Positions 1-14,399 of a stretch of DNA of 64,000 bases are shown in pieces (the stretch's first letter is position 1; each line of letters begins with the position of its first letter). The stretch lies in NCBI GenBank assembly GCA_964304625.1, contig OZ199838.1:8457794-8521793 (forward strand), read 5' to 3'. This DNA is from Kudoa neothunni. Taxonomy: Eukaryota > Animalia > Cnidaria. Below the pieces are notes generated by a model that saw only the letters and a program-made list of their open reading frames with translations, was not told the DNA's origin and made no database searches. The position numbers were made by a program, and so were the translations under genes.

Positions 1-129
1 AATATTTTTAGTTTGAATGGCAGTAGTTAAAATATTTTACTTAATTGTAATAGCGCAAATAGATAAACGATTCGACAAATTTACTACAACAACTCTCGAT
101 CAAGTTCGTGACCGCCATTAATATTAAGC

Positions 130-339
130 AGATTATCGCGGCCGTGATGGATGTCACGATCTCATTTATTACATTAATAAATAGGAAGAATTGTTTAGAA
201 ATCAAGTAAACAATCAAAATAAGCAAAAATTGTAAATAAGCGCGCGCACATTTATTGTTTATGTTCGATTAACCGGAACCTCGCTATTCGGAAAGAAAAT
301 CACCGGCCCCAAATTTTCCGTATAATCGAGGTTCGACTG
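130..339 (-). mobile_element. End of a pogo/Tc1-type (TA-target) element; same family as 53030 in opposite orientation
   Basis: Ends ...ataatcgaggttcgactg|ta at 339-341. The reverse complement aligns by eye over ~170-200 bp with the element starting ta|cagtcgaacctcgattatccgg at 53030. Confidence 0.7.
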
Positions 340-1399
340 TACTCCAGTTCAGTCGCTGATTTAAAAACCCAAAGTTAGACATTGAAAACTTTATTCATCC
401 GGAATTCTCACACAAAGAATTTTATTAGATAATATAATCAATTCATACGAAATTAAAGACTTTATTATACGAAATTATGTGCTTGTAGTCATTTCATGAA
501 AATATAATCTGCACATCCTAACTATATTTTTCACTATCATTATATGTCAGTCATATTATTTATAATCAACGAAATAAATTTTTTAAATATTTTATTTAAC
601 ATGCAGAGAATTAATACAGAGATAAATTTAATTAATAAAATATTCAACCAAAATAGACGTTTTATTGACATCAAAATTTAATAAAGTAAAAAAATATATA
701 TTATTTTTAATTAAAAAAAGTTATCATTGAATAATTTAAAAAAATTAGGAATTGCACATAAATTTCTATCAGCGTGTTTTAAACATTTTTTACTTTGTAT
801 AACGTATTTAATTAAGAATAATAAATCGTCGTGAAAACCGATGGGAAATAATGAATTTAAATTTTTTTGTAATCTACAAAATTAATAAAAAATTATAAAC
901 TAAAATAATTTAACATAATAAAAATAATTGTTCCTCACAAAAAATTACTAACAACGTAAATTTTCTAAACGTTGCCAATATAACTTCGATATGTATATTA
1001 CATTTGATTTTATCATTTAACTAAACAATTTGTTTGTTTATATTCAAGTTTAATATTTTAAAAGATATAATTTTTCAATTAACATCATTATACACAAAAT
1101 ATAGAAATAATAATAATAATGTTTGTCTTTTTTTAAGAAATTAATATTTTTCACGTTATATGAAATAAAACTAATAATGAATTTAAATATTAGTTTAAGC
1201 GATCACTCAATAAAACAGCTTTCATATGGCACACGTAGGGGGATTATTCTCAAAATTAAATTTTTTTATATATTTAATTTTAAATTTATAATTTTATTTC
1301 CTTTTCTTTATAATTCCGATTGCAGTTTAAACGACTTCCTAGTGGTCGACCAATCGATTTAACTTTCGAAGGAATCACTAGATCTAAACAAAATTTAAC

Positions 1400-3623
1400 A
1401 TAATTTTTTTAAGTTTTACCTTTTAATTGAGGTTCTTCTACGATGGCGTTTGATCCATCGTTACAATCAATTTGTTCTTCCAGAGGACCAAAATCATCAC
1501 TGGAATTAAGTTTTGATATTTTGGTAGGTGAGATTTCTATTAAATTTATCGACGACTCCTAATTTTTATTAGTTAAAGTCAAATTATAAATTTTATACGT
1601 TCTCTTGAAATTCAGTTTTATCTTTAATTATATAAAATTTAATATTTTATTTATAAACAAAAATCATATGTATCAAGGAACTGATCAATAACCATGACAT
1701 CGTGATTTCTAATTATTTTTTCCAATAGATTTATTGATTTTTCGAAAAATTCAGAAGTTGTATTGGCTAGTTTGGTTGTAAAATTTGACACGTACTTCAA
1801 CTTTTGTCCAAATGTCTTTATGTTAATTTTTTTCTTTTCAAGGACAACAGCAGGAAGATTTTCTGTATTATTTTGAGTTTTAGATTCCGTATTTAAAAAC
1901 TTCATTCCATACGCCTTTTTACATCGATCATTGCACAATGCTTCACAGAATAACGGAAGTTTTTCTGATAAACTATAGCTTAGAATATGGCGACGTGGTA
2001 ATGAAAATGAGCGATAAAATAAACAAAGACACGTTTATCGACTTGTGATTTCATTTGAGTTAGAGGATAATGCAGCATTGTCCAAGAATTTAAGTTCTTT
2101 TTGAAGCATAATAAGTGCATATTTCGTCAGACATTCTTTATAGTGTAGAACCAGTTTGTTGTTGAGAATCTCATTTGATTCGTAATACAGTTGACCAACT
2201 GAAGAAAATTACCTTTAAATTCTAAGTTCACTTAGAATTTAAAAAAAACCTTGGATGAAGTTGGCCAACGAGCTGAATTTTTGGACAACACTTTTAATTT
2301 TGGAATTTATTACCTCAAGGCGATTATTGGTTTCGTTGTCGTAAAAATTGTTCGTGTTGCTAATACCAATAACCCATTCATTGTATATTCCTTCCCAATT
2401 TCTTTTGAAATATTCACTTAATTTGTGATTTTAAAATCGTGAATATGGTCAACGTAATGCAAATATTCATTGTAATCAGTCGAGTACATCATTTTTTGTA
2501 AACAACTTAAATCTCTTGTCTTTTAGTAGAAGATATTTCAAATTTGTAAACGGTGATATGTCTTTGAAAAATTTGATTCACATGAAATTTACATAAAATG
2601 GATGATGATTGTGAAAAACATAATTTGAGACATTTTCTCAGCTTTTCATCCTTGTCTGTAACGATGGTATGTACATTTTTTGATAAGTTTGGTATAAATT
2701 CTGCCAAAGTATTACAAAAACCATTGGATGGAATCTTCCATCTCTTCGTAGAGAATGCAGGTACTCGAAATGTGAGTCAAACCAAAAGAATACTCCCCAG
2801 CAGATACGTATAACGGGGCTCTAAAATTATAAAATTATTCATCCATTTTCAAAAGTTACCTTGAATTAAGGAGTTTATAAGTTGCATCAATGAACATAAC
2901 CTCAGGATAAAATTCCAAAAATGATTTCATTCCGTCGTCGGCGAAAAAAATTTCATTAACGACTTTATGATTATCATATAAAATCCTAACGTAACATTTG
3001 AAATCTTCTGTCAACATTTTCTCTATTACACATAGGTTATCACAGAATGAGTCTTTGTTTGCTCTAATATTGTGGATGGATTTCAAACGGATGTTTTTTA
3101 CCCGTTTCGTTGTAAGTTTTATTTTGAATTAATTTTTTATTGACCTTAAAGTGAATTAATTCCACGAGATTTGGGTCATTTAGGTCAATTTTTCGTTGTT
3201 TTGGGAGATTTCGATATAGTACTGCACTTAAATCATGATTATGTTCTAATATACTAGAACGTACTTCAAGTGCTACACCATCAATAGAGGTCCTAAGAGA
3301 TAAAACCAAGGGGCAGTTTCCCTTTAATGCCGGTTTGTTTCTAATTCCATCGGGTTTTGTTTTATTCTTGCCACTGAAAATACAACGATACGTAATTTCA
3401 TAATATCGCAGAGATTGATTAATTGATTTTGTAATTCTATTTCGAATATTCGAAAATGTCCTCGCTTGATATTTATAAAGATTGCAAAAGTTCGACTCCG
3501 TAATTTTTTATAGCATCGTCGAGTTTCTCGAAAGAATGAAATCGTTTTCCAATTGCAAACATATTTGAACTCATTCTTTGCCACGCTAATTAGAAAGAAA
3601 AATTTCGCGCTCAAGTTATACAT
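1400..3623 (-). mobile_element. Decayed Mutator-like (MULE, ZSWIM3-like) transposase
   Basis: Fragmented ORFs give FYPEVMFIDATYK, VTDKD...LCKFHV and ETNNRLE, plus a degenerate SWIM finger (CLCLFYRSFSLPRRHI near 2000-2030). Ends not resolved. Confidence 0.8.
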
Positions 3624-4094
3624 AACTCAGAAATTTATTATTATTTCTATATTTTGTGTATAATGATGTTAATTGATGAAATTATATTAAAAAAAATTAA
3701 AAATCATACCCAGCTGCTGTTGGTCTTGTGTAGGGTCACAAAAAGAAAAAAAAATTTTTTTTAATTTTTCAACAATTTACAAAAAATTAGTTTAGATGAA
3801 CATTAGATGATATGTGGAATATGGGAAAACAATATTGAGTAGTTTCAGAGATATCGATTACCTGAGATATAGCCACTTCCTATTTTTATTCTGTTTAATG
3901 TTTTATTTTTGATCAGATATAACTTATTTTAATGAAAAAATTGTAATATTGTTTAATACAAACGTGTATCATTTAAGTTAATTCCAGGCGCTTTCTTGTT
4001 TGAAGTATTTTCGTTGCTATGTATTGGTGGAAATTAGATTTGAACTTTAAAATCATTAAGTTATTTGGATTAGTATTTCTAACAGAGGCTTAAA

Positions 4095-4568
4095 TCTCTA
4101 CTATATAAAGCAAACCGGTAGTCCGCGTGTGTGTGTGTGTGTCAGTGTGTACGCTTTTTCATTCTTTATAGAGGTACATAATGCTCCATTTGAGCACACA
4201 TATGGAAAGATAATTTTATTTAAACACAGAAAAATACGTACAAAATTATAAAAGGTTTGCATCCGACAAAATGACTAAAAACATTTTCACGTGATATGAG
4301 TGGTAAGATTAGAGGATTTATGCAAACATATAGATCATTTCGTTAAAGTTAAAAAAGTTAATTTTAAATGTACCATAGTGTTTATTCGTTGTTAAAAATA
4401 TTATGCGTCCAATTTGTTAAATAAATCATCCGTTAATTGGGTCATCTTTGTACTATTTATTTAAATACTCTTAATTTACTTTGAACTTCAAATGACCTTG
4501 GCCTACTCAAGGCTTTAGTCTACTTGGCTGGGCAAGGAAACCCACACGAAGCGGGGCTTTTGTGCTAA
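4095..4568 (+). mobile_element. Short non-autonomous Helitron-like element (copy 1)
   Basis: Starts A|TCTCTACTATATAAAG with a (GT)n tract near the 5' end. The 3' end cttggctgggcaaggaaacc...cgaagcggggcttttgtgCTAA|T is shared with copy 2 (17461-17506). Confidence 0.7.
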
Positions 4569-5023
4569 TAATTAAATATAGCATATTATACAAAATTAAA
4601 TCTGTAACCAGCTTGTAATTTGGAATTGCTCAGATTACAAATTCTTTTTGCGCCAGCGGATATGCCATTAGGATTAAATGTCACCGTCAGTTCTTTTCCC
4701 GATTCGAATAATCTCGCATTGGAATCGTAACCTTTGTTGAAAACCTGTTATAAACTCAAATTCCGATGGAGAGAGATAAATGTTTTGTTATGCAATCCAA
4801 ACTCAAATAAAAATTCCAGATATAATGACAAATTATTATATATTAAATATGTTTGCTTCAATTGTGGTCGATACTATATATTTAGAATCAATTTTCAACA
4901 TATATAAGTAGTAACACGAATAGATAAATATATATACTTAAGTATTTTTACTGGGATCTTAAATACTTTTATCGTGTCAATATATTTATGCGCATGCATA
5001 AGCGAGTTTTCCTTTTGCGTATA

Positions 5024-6277
5024 CCGGTTTTTGCATCCAAAACCGGATTCGTTGTAACTGAAACAAGATTTTTCGCAGTTGAAACCAGATGCTTTAAAAT
5101 TTAAATCAGATAAAAAACAAACGACATCCACGATGCCACGAAAAATACATCACCTCGAAGATAAAAGAGCTCCTGCTTGCCTTCTTGTTGTGAATAAAGG
5201 GAAGTGTCAGAAAGACGTTTCGGAGGATCTAGGGATTCCTAAATCAACACTGAGTGATTTGGTGAAAAATATAGAACGACCGATTCATCCAAAAAGACTG
5301 TACGCGGAGGGATGAGAAATGTTGTCTTAACACGAGGACTTAAGATAACTTAATAAAATTAACTGAAGATAATTGCACTCTAACAATTCAGAGTTTAATT
5401 GAAAAATTAGATATCGCAATTCAACCGTCCACTGTGTGTAGGTGGCTCAAAAAATTAAACTATACGTATTTAGTTGTTAGACCTATCCCAGTTAGTAGGA
5501 ATATCTCCGCTGTAAAAGAAGTGAGGAAACTTTACATCAAGTAGTATACCGGAATTCCTATCGACATGCGATGCAAAAATATAATTTTTGTGGATAAGAG
5601 CCCATTTTCCCTCCACATGATGAGGAACCGTGACCGCGCTTTGCGAGGTGAAACTCCAAACATCGTATTTTCGAACAATCGAGGTTCAAATGTGACGATG
5701 ACACTCGCTGCAAACGCAATCAATGTTATTAACTGTGAAGTCGTCCTTGGCAGCGTTGATGGGAATGTATTCAAAAATTATTTGTCAAGCCTTCCAGATA
5801 TCATCGGAGATGCCCAAAATTACATTTTCATGGATAACGTTCGATTTCACCACTCAATCCAGGATTTTTTACGACACCTTTCCCTATGAAATCCCTTTTC
5901 TGCCGAGGTATTCTCCCATTCTTAACCCATGTGATGAGATATTTGTTCAAATAAAGGCAAATGTTTGGAAAAAATACCCCGATTCGGGGGAAGGGAAGAT
6001 CTCCTGAATCGAATGAGAAATTCCTCTAACGTGGTAACTGATAATAATCTAAAAGATTATTTTCAACATGCAGAAACATTCTTTGTAACATGTTTTTTCT
6101 TAATGGATGTCAACCGTAATTAGATTAAAACAATATACATATTTAATACTTATATATGTATGCACATAAATACATACATACCCAATTCCTCTTTATTTTT
6201 CTAGCGCTATTAAATAAATAGAAAAAATTTCTAATATACGCACGCTAAGATATTCTAGTTTTGGATGCAAAAACCGG
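5024..6277 (+). mobile_element. IS630/Tc1-like transposon, decayed
   Basis: Perfect 20-bp TIR ccggtttttgcatccaaaac flanked by TA at 5022-23 and 6278-79. HTH N-terminus, IIFVDKSPF, MDNVRFHH, LPRYSPILNPCDE; contains stops and frameshifts. Confidence 0.92.
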
Positions 6278-6960
6278 TAATAACAGCTGATAACTAAAGA
6301 TACGTTATACATCGTAAATAGTTTAATTAAATCGTCTTATAAACAATATAATCATAGTTAAATTTTACAAATTCTCTTTGTGTAACACTGATGCAGACGA
6401 ATTAGTAAGGTCCTTTCAAAATACCTTATTGAATACAATACATGGAATAATGAATTTTAGTTCCTTATAGTGACTTTGTTTAGTAAAACAAAATGACTTT
6501 TGTTTCCTGTCATAGTGTTTATATTTTGTCTTGATAAATAAACAAATGAATCATAACGATATTTTGGTTTAAATAATGTGTACACAAAACAACAACCAGT
6601 TGATGATACGCTATATTAAAGGCTTGATTGGCCGTATTACAAAGAATAAAAATGACTCAACCGACATTATTATTATAATTTTTTTCTTGATAAATTAAGA
6701 TTAAATATACAAAACTATTTATTAACCGTGCAAAAATGTGGAGATTATATTTAAATTCATATAATTAATATAGCTGCACCATTATATCAAAGGAGCTGTC
6801 CAAGGATGTAGTAAAACTAGTAAACTCTGCTGTTCCAGATGGACAACAGAAATACCAATAAACACATATTTTATAAAAATGAAATTGTTGTAATTACTTA
6901 AGTAAACTGAGAAATGAATAAATTCCAAATTATATCAACCTTATCCGTCAACTTGATATA

Positions 6961-9016
6961 ATGTGCTTAGGCGGGTGGATAACGGGCGAATCGGTAGAAC
7001 AGCCAGAATGTGTGAAGGAGAATCGCAAAACGAAATCAAAACAACCCATGGGGGTTTTGACAAGCTTTGGCTCATATGCGGTCATATACATATGGATTTA
7101 TGCAGTGCAATTATTTATACTCATCTTTTTATTGTACCTGTCGCAGGTTGTTGGCCTCAGTCAAACGCATACAGGGATAATATTTTTTTTTTGCTCAAAA
7201 GTGTGATGCCTTAATTATTTTAGTACTAAGTAAGTGAATCACATAAATTTTTCTAATTATTAAAACATATGGATGAAAAATTATTTAGAAAACGAAATCA
7301 ATCAAATTTTGTCTACAGATAATGGAAGGAGAACATGCCATATTGGAGGCACTCTAATAATGATGATATTAATACCTCTAATTTTTCATCCTGCGTTGCT
7401 CAGTACAAAGACGGTGTGGATGGGGCATAACTGGGGAGTGTTTTTCTACTATCTTGTAATATTGATGATTGCAAGCTTGGGGCACTCTGCAGTATACATG
7501 TCAAATTTGGCTGAAATAGCTCATCTAAATGTTGACAACGATGAACGTCGTTTGATATACCATTTAAGGTGGGTAGTATTAAGTTCTGATTTTGATTGGT
7601 TGTCATTTAATAAATGTAATAGATTTGCTGCAAAATCCTGCACAACGATGATGGTCTGTCTTTTATTTTATTTTCTCGTGTACAGCCACAATAATGAAGA
7701 TAGATTTCAAACTACTACCAGTCAAGTGATCAAACATACGAAGTAAGTTGTAGTTTCTTTAATTCTATTTTTGATGAAAAATCAAAATAGATAATATCGT
7801 ACATTTTAACAGGATTTGGAGCATTTATGTTCAATTTTATTTCAACTAAAAAATTAATAAAAACCAAGATAAAACATCCGTACGAACATTGAATGGGGTC
7901 GGTGGACGAAATGGGTGAGAAGGGCACCCCGTCGGGAAGTGATATGCATCTATTCGATGCCGCCGAGCTCTCCAGCATACTGCTCAGAGCTTCTACAACC
8001 ACTGAACAAAGATTAGAACTTACTAATTTAGATAAGAAGGATTGGCTAAAAATATTAGAATTTTATCCGGTACTAGTAGAGAGTGTTGTTTTGTTATTGA
8101 TATATAGGTGACATTGTTGTTACATGTTTGGGAAATTGATGGTAAATATCACGCAAGCTTATTGTATTTTGTATTTGGTTAACTTTATTAATCTGAATCA
8201 AGTATTTGAATTTTGTTGATGTTTACAATAGATTTTGTTAGGAAATATCGAATCTTCTTGCATTTGTGATCCAATTTGGAGGCGTTATGTCAACGCCTCT
8301 TATATATTATAGTAATCGTTTTTTCGGGCATAAGGTAAGATAATATTAATTATATATTTACTTGTTAATAAAACTTAAGGGGAGTATGGCAATCGGACTG
8401 ATATTTGCTTCTATCGTGAGGTAATTATTATTTTTTACATCATTAACCTGAAATAATGATTCACGTGTGTTAAGTGCCTGCTACGGAATATTCAACATAG
8501 ATGACATGGACAAAACAAACATAATCGTTCAACAACTTGTTTTATCTATGTTACTAGGAGTCGCAAGAACATTTTTAACACTTTCAGCTCATGACCTTAC
8601 TATTAGTATGACCAACGAAGAAGTATTGCTATCAATATAAAATTTGTATCTGAAATATTCCACTTAAGCAAAATATAACCACAGTGCTTACATTTATCAA
8701 TTTCACTGACAAAATTTCTACTGGGTCAGCCGTATTACTACTCCAAATATGTTTACCCAAGTGTAATTCCACGGTCAAAGTATATAATAGCTATTTGATA
8801 ATAAATTAATTTGACGAAAGGATACTGTGTGCATTAATAAATTGAAGGCTTACTACAAATACATAATGTTTGGTTTCCCAACTGGATGCTCCATCATTAT
8901 TTTTGCACCTTTTGTGTGCAATAATTAAAAAGGATTTTGGATCACCTTTACAACGTATCCCAAAATCACATCTAGATGTTAATTCCGATAGGAGAAGTTG
9001 TACTAGTTCTATTTGA
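6961..9016 (+). CDS. MFSD12: MFSD12-like major facilitator transporter, multi-exon, with several indels; start and end approximate
   Basis: Spliced and frame-corrected reading gives PMGVLTSFGxICGHIHMDLCSAIIYTHLLLYLSQV, GRRTCHIGGT, YMSNLAEIAHLNVDNDERRLIYHLR and FTDKISTGSAVLLLQ. These match MFSD12 motifs as recalled (GHFLNDLC, RKAWHLVGT, FLDKVANG). Confidence 0.75.
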
Positions 9017-9214
9017 ACAGATATGTTTATAATATTAATATTTGACCTTCTTCTTCATCTTTTTTAGAAACTTGTTAGTACACAACCAAATTATTTTGAT
9101 TTTAAGTTTCAACTGTTATAGAATTCATAATATATCAGTGTCTAATAATTTAAAATAATATTTTATATTATTTTAAGTTAACGAGAACAGCTGGGATATA
9201 AACCTTTAATTTAA

Positions 9215-11055
9215 GGTAGTGTCTATTTTTCCGGACGCGCTTTTTCTCCTAAAATGATAATTTAATTATTGCCATTTTTTCCTGAAAATATCTTTTATAA
9301 ATACAGAATATAAATTTAGATTCATTTATTTTTTAGTTAACAATCGGCATTCAAACGAATCGAGAATATTTTTAATTCTCATAAAAGTATCCATACAAAA
9401 TACTTAGAGTTTTTGATGAGTCCATGTATATTTCCTTAACAAAACTAATTTAATGTGGTATAACGCCATAAATGAGTAATATGATCTTTAGAATGCAGCT
9501 GTACCGTTGATAATACCTAGTTCAATCATTATGGAAGGAGAGTCTGATCCAACACTATTTACTCAAGAAATTATAACGAACCTAAAGGTGGTTGATGCAT
9601 TCCCAAACTTTGTAAAAGTTTAATAATTAACGAATAAGTACTCAAAGCGGAAACACCTTTGTTATTGGATCGGATATTCTTGAAAAACTTTCAACAATAG
9701 AGCTTTTGAAAGTGATTTGCTAATTTATTTATCAAATATGAAGACCGAGCGGGAGGATATATTAGTTAGAAAGCTAACAACTGAAATTGTTAAAAGATTA
9801 AACTCAGACTTTAACATAAGATATAACATATCAACAACATCATATTCATACAATATTATGTAAGTTGAAATAAATAATTAAATCGAATTTTATTCCTATA
9901 GTTGCACATGTTTCTTTAACCATACGTATGAAGTTACCCATGCAGACATCAATTCTACTAGAAAGAAAAAGAATACGGATTTATATGACAAGAAATTTGT
10001 GATCGGAGATGGAAAAAGAATTATTACCTATCATTTATTCAAATGACCAAAGATATTCATATTCAGAATCATTTGTGTAGTGTGCAACCAACTATTACAT
10101 AAATTTCGAGTCAATGATCTTCTCTGAATTCTACACTTAATTGATATTTGAAGCTTAAATTCTTTACAAAAAAATAGCATCACTGAGGTCTGAACAAACG
10201 GAGACTCAATACGATTTTCTAAAAAAGATTTTGGGATGGATTAACATCGCTTATTTTCAATGCGGATTCTATGGATAAAGTAGCTCATTTTTCCACTTTT
10301 CATTTATCAACTTAATTTAGTTCAAATTATCGTCTGAATTTATTGTCCGCAACAATCAAGGAATTTCAGATCTAAAATGTAATGAGTCCCTTTAGTAAAA
10401 TTTTTATTTTACACTTCGTTACCGAGGAATCATAAACGGAGAGGTTGGATATACAACAAGCAGATCAAGACAATAACACGTCATAAATAACTGATATGGG
10501 AATCTTAGATATTGTGAATGATTCTACAGTTAAATATCCATCTTTGATAGTTATGTGCAATTTCATCCATATTGCGAAATTCACAAAATTATAGGAATAA
10601 AGTTGCCAATAGTCATGAAATTGAGAGGGAGACCAAATATTTTATTACAAACGGTTATAGATTTTAAGAAAAAACTTTTTTTATGATGATTAATAATAAT
10701 AATGTAACAATAATGTCGATATGTAGGATTCAAACATATTTTATGTGAAGTTAGTATTATTTATTTACAAATTAAAAAGTATAATATTTTGTTAAATTTT
10801 AATGTTATATAAATCATTTAGTGGAAAATTTATCTCACTGTAAGAATTTTAAAAGTGAATGAGCCAAATAGTTATATTACACTTTGGTTTCATTTGGATT
10901 TTTATTGATAAAAATTAGTTATTTTAACGTACGTCCATGAATTAATAAAACTAAATTTATATTCAGCATTTATAAAAGATATTTTCTGTAAAAAATGATA
11001 ACGATTGAATTATTATTTTAGGAGGAAAATCGCGTCCGGCAACATAGACACAGTC
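9215..11055 (+). mobile_element. Decayed MULE with ~110-bp TIRs
   Basis: Inverted ends ggtagtgtctatttttccggacgcg... / ...cgcgtccggcaacatagacacagtc with near-identical flanks taatttaa/ttatttaa. Internal SWIM remnant (CTCFFNHT..KLPCRH, ~9903-9950) and MKLRGRP near 10615. Confidence 0.75.
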
Positions 11056-11180
11056 TTATTTAAAATATTAAATACAATTAGAAATCATTAATTTATAAAT
11101 TACTTATTAACAAAACGTAATTATACATAATACAAAAGTAAACGTTCATATCAAGTTTCGGGTTGGATAGAAAAGTTTTA

Positions 11181-14100
11181 TTAATAATCAAACCGATAAA
11201 TGGAGTTCTCTAGCTTGTCTTTTACAGCAGCTAATTCTCGCAGAAAATTGGCCTTGTCTTTATTTTCGATGCAAGCAATGACATTAGCCCATAGTCTAAT
11301 TTACAGTGAGAAAAAAACACAACATCAAGATATACGTTATAGATGAGTATTGTTCTTTGTCTGGGCTTTTTGATTTCATAACGTAGCAGTTGGTATTGTT
11401 CGATTTCATACTGTAATACTTTTCCTAAGAATATTTATTTTTTTAGTTGCAGATTAAAAATGAATAGTTCAGTATACGTCAAATGACTCAATAGAATGGT
11501 ATAATTTTCGACAAGACAAACTAGTGGTATCCCCCATTTTATCTGAGTCATCCACAACTTCCCTAATTTTCAAATATTAGAATGAAACATTCAGGATATT
11601 AAGGCTACTCTATCACACAATTTATGAATGGTTTGGCGCGGATTTTACATTCTATTGTGCTTGTTGTAATTTTGTTTGAATCATTATGTAGACATTTGTT
11701 ATCAACAGGCGAAGACTGATAGCAATTACTCAAACTGTTATCATACGATATTAAACTGTATAAAGAATTTATTAGAATGCACGGCAAAAACATTATAATT
11801 TGAAAAATAATAGCAACGAAACTTCCTTCATAATATGAAAGGAACTCTATAAAACAGAATGAAAAATTAAATAAATTTTAAAAAGCGTTACTTTCAGGGC
11901 TATAATTTGTTAAATTAGCGTACCAACTGTTGCTGCAACTACTACTAATGGATTTTGTGATAAGACATTTTGTACGACTATCTGTGGGTTGCAGATCTTT
12001 GGGCGTATTTGTAAGCTGGGGCTCTTCCAATTGAATTAGCGATGAAAATTTGTTATCTGTCGAATTTATTGATATGGCATCTATCAACTCTATACATACG
12101 CAATCTTCTTTGTATCTTTATATAAAAATTAATACATTACACCTATGAAATTTCATGGAGTACAATAAATTAAGGCGTTGTGTTGAGAAGGTCAATATAT
12201 CTTCAGGTTTCCACAATGTTAAACTCCCTTCCAAACGTACACAAACATCAAATAAGTTTGATTGGCAGTTAAATGATAAAACCAGGTTGATTTCCAAATC
12301 AAATTCATATGTATTATCTGTGGCATGTATCGCGAATCCTATTTCAAGTGGAGTTCATTATTTCCGAAGATAATTTCACAATTTCCAAGAATATCAAATA
12401 CGTAAAGGATTCAAATCAACACATTTTGTGTGTAGATAAACTCTGAAATTCGGAATGTTATTATCGGTTAAATAGCATGAGTAGTATTCGTTCGGAATTG
12501 GTAACAAAGGTAAACCGACATGAAGGCATTTCTAAAAAAATCAGTTATTTTTACAATAATATCGCTATCAGCTACATTTGATATTAATTCTTGTAAACAT
12601 TGACATAAATATATGGTGAAGTACTCAACATGGCTTGTTCTATCCCTAGATTGTACAATACTACAAAAAATTAAATTATTTTTCGCATGTCTTATTGTAA
12701 TACTTGTAAATGTGAGACGGCTGTGCAAAAATACGTGTAATAAGTTGAGTTAAAGGCTGAGGTTTCATAGCCTCAATCGGTATGTCAAACTATTTCATTT
12801 AATAGTTAAAAAAGAAATTATAGTTTATATATGAATAAAATAACAGGTTTCAAATCTGCGTTTTGTGATAATATTGACCAAATCATCGATGAAACCTGAC
12901 AATATGAAGTTTCAATCGAAGGAAAAGTATAGAAAAGTTTATCCAGTTTAAAAATGTATTCTTATATAACATTAAAAGCGATTTCATTCTAATAACTAAA
13001 ATACCATTGGAATAATCGTTTAGAAAATTTACCACCTAAAATAATTTAAATGCTCATACAACCACCAACAATCAGTACATCTTCTCGGTGCATTATGTTC
13101 ATAAATTTATTAAAAACATCCTTAGTTTAATTAGTCATACAATTTAAAACCTATAAATACATCAATTTGGTCAGTTAAAGCATCGTGTTGCTAAAATTTG
13201 GGACATAATGAGCATCATATAGATAAAAAGTAAAATTATACCTTGAATATAGTCGATATTTGATTTAACGTGCTTTCACTCGCTGATTCAAATGATTTAA
13301 AGGTGGCATGATGCAATGACGAAATATTTCCTGATAGCATTTTGAGATGTTTTAATTTTTGTGCGATCAGATTAGTAGTATTAAAAACAGGTTGATTTAA
13401 TTCTAAAGTAGATGATTGAACGTCTATTTGTGAATTAAGTCTTTCTAAATCATTAGATATGATTGTCGGTGGCGAAACGCTAGTTTTTCTATAGTTCAAA
13501 TGAAAATTTGGGAACGATTCAATTTTTTGTTGCATTTTTGGCAAAGTATTAAGTTTGATTTTTTGGGTCTTCATTTTATTGTTTATTAATCCAAATCTTC
13601 CAGAATGTTGTAGCTGACAATCACATGTAGTGCAACTAGATGCCGAAGTTGTAAAGAGCTGCGTCCCACTTGTTGATGAACCCTCGAAATTTGATGTTAT
13701 CGAATGCATACGTTGGCCTACATTGAGTGAAGAAAATTTTTAGAACAAAATCACCTGCAGCTGATATTTTTTCCTCATTATTGAGGAACAAATTTCCAAT
13801 ACAAACTTTCCATTCATTGTATATATCATTTGTACTAGCTCGAAATACGTATTTTCGGCTAGTCCGTAAGGTCTTCAAACCAAAAGCCAGCGGACTCTTT
13901 GAGTATGGGTAAAGTTTGACTCCCTTAAAATTCGATAACCAATTATCAACAAGTATATAATATTTTATTTTTTATTATTATTATAATTAACAATCAATAC
14001 AATCTTAAAATAACACTTACGATTAATTTCAAAATAACGGAGAATTTATTCAGTAGACAACTCGAATATAATTAAATTTTTGATTAAGAAAATTTGTTAT

Positions 14101-14399
14101 TGCATCGTTTAAGTTTATAAAATATTAAATCGGATATTTTATTTATTCGTAACGAGAAATTAGGTTACCGTCATAATAATATCCTTTTCTGTTTTGCATA
14201 CGATTGATTTTTTTCCCTTTGTGGTAACCTAACAAATTCGAAACTGGTCAATATTAACAATCAACTTGATAAGCATTAACCTTGAAATAGGATAGAACGT
14301 AGACACTACGTCTTAACTCAATCATAACCCATTTAGCCTGCCATCTCTTTAATTTTTTGCACCATTTATCAAGTGGGCCTTCCTTGATAACTGTTCCAC
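11181..14399 (-). CDS. PH-domain + oxysterol-binding-protein-related protein, ORP9/10/11-like, highly divergent; multi-exon; may extend further 5' (to ~15000)
   Basis: PH domain: VIKEGPLDKWCKKLKRWQAKWVMI...RKYVFRASTNDIYNEWKVCI. ORD-like segments: SSMIWSILSQNADL, RIFAQPSH...VEYFTIYL, LEGSLTLWKPEDILTFS, CIELIDAISINS, SSITLWANVIACI. Stop at 11181-83. Confidence 0.7.

Noticed and set aside
340-1400. Short ORFs and AT-rich sequence
   Set aside because: Low-complexity chance ORFs with no motifs. The same applies to most antisense ORFs in the track.
13636-13878. ORF as a stand-alone OB-fold/POT1-like or DOCK-like protein
   Set aside because: It reads through an intron. Its first part is the end of the PH domain of the ORP-like gene.
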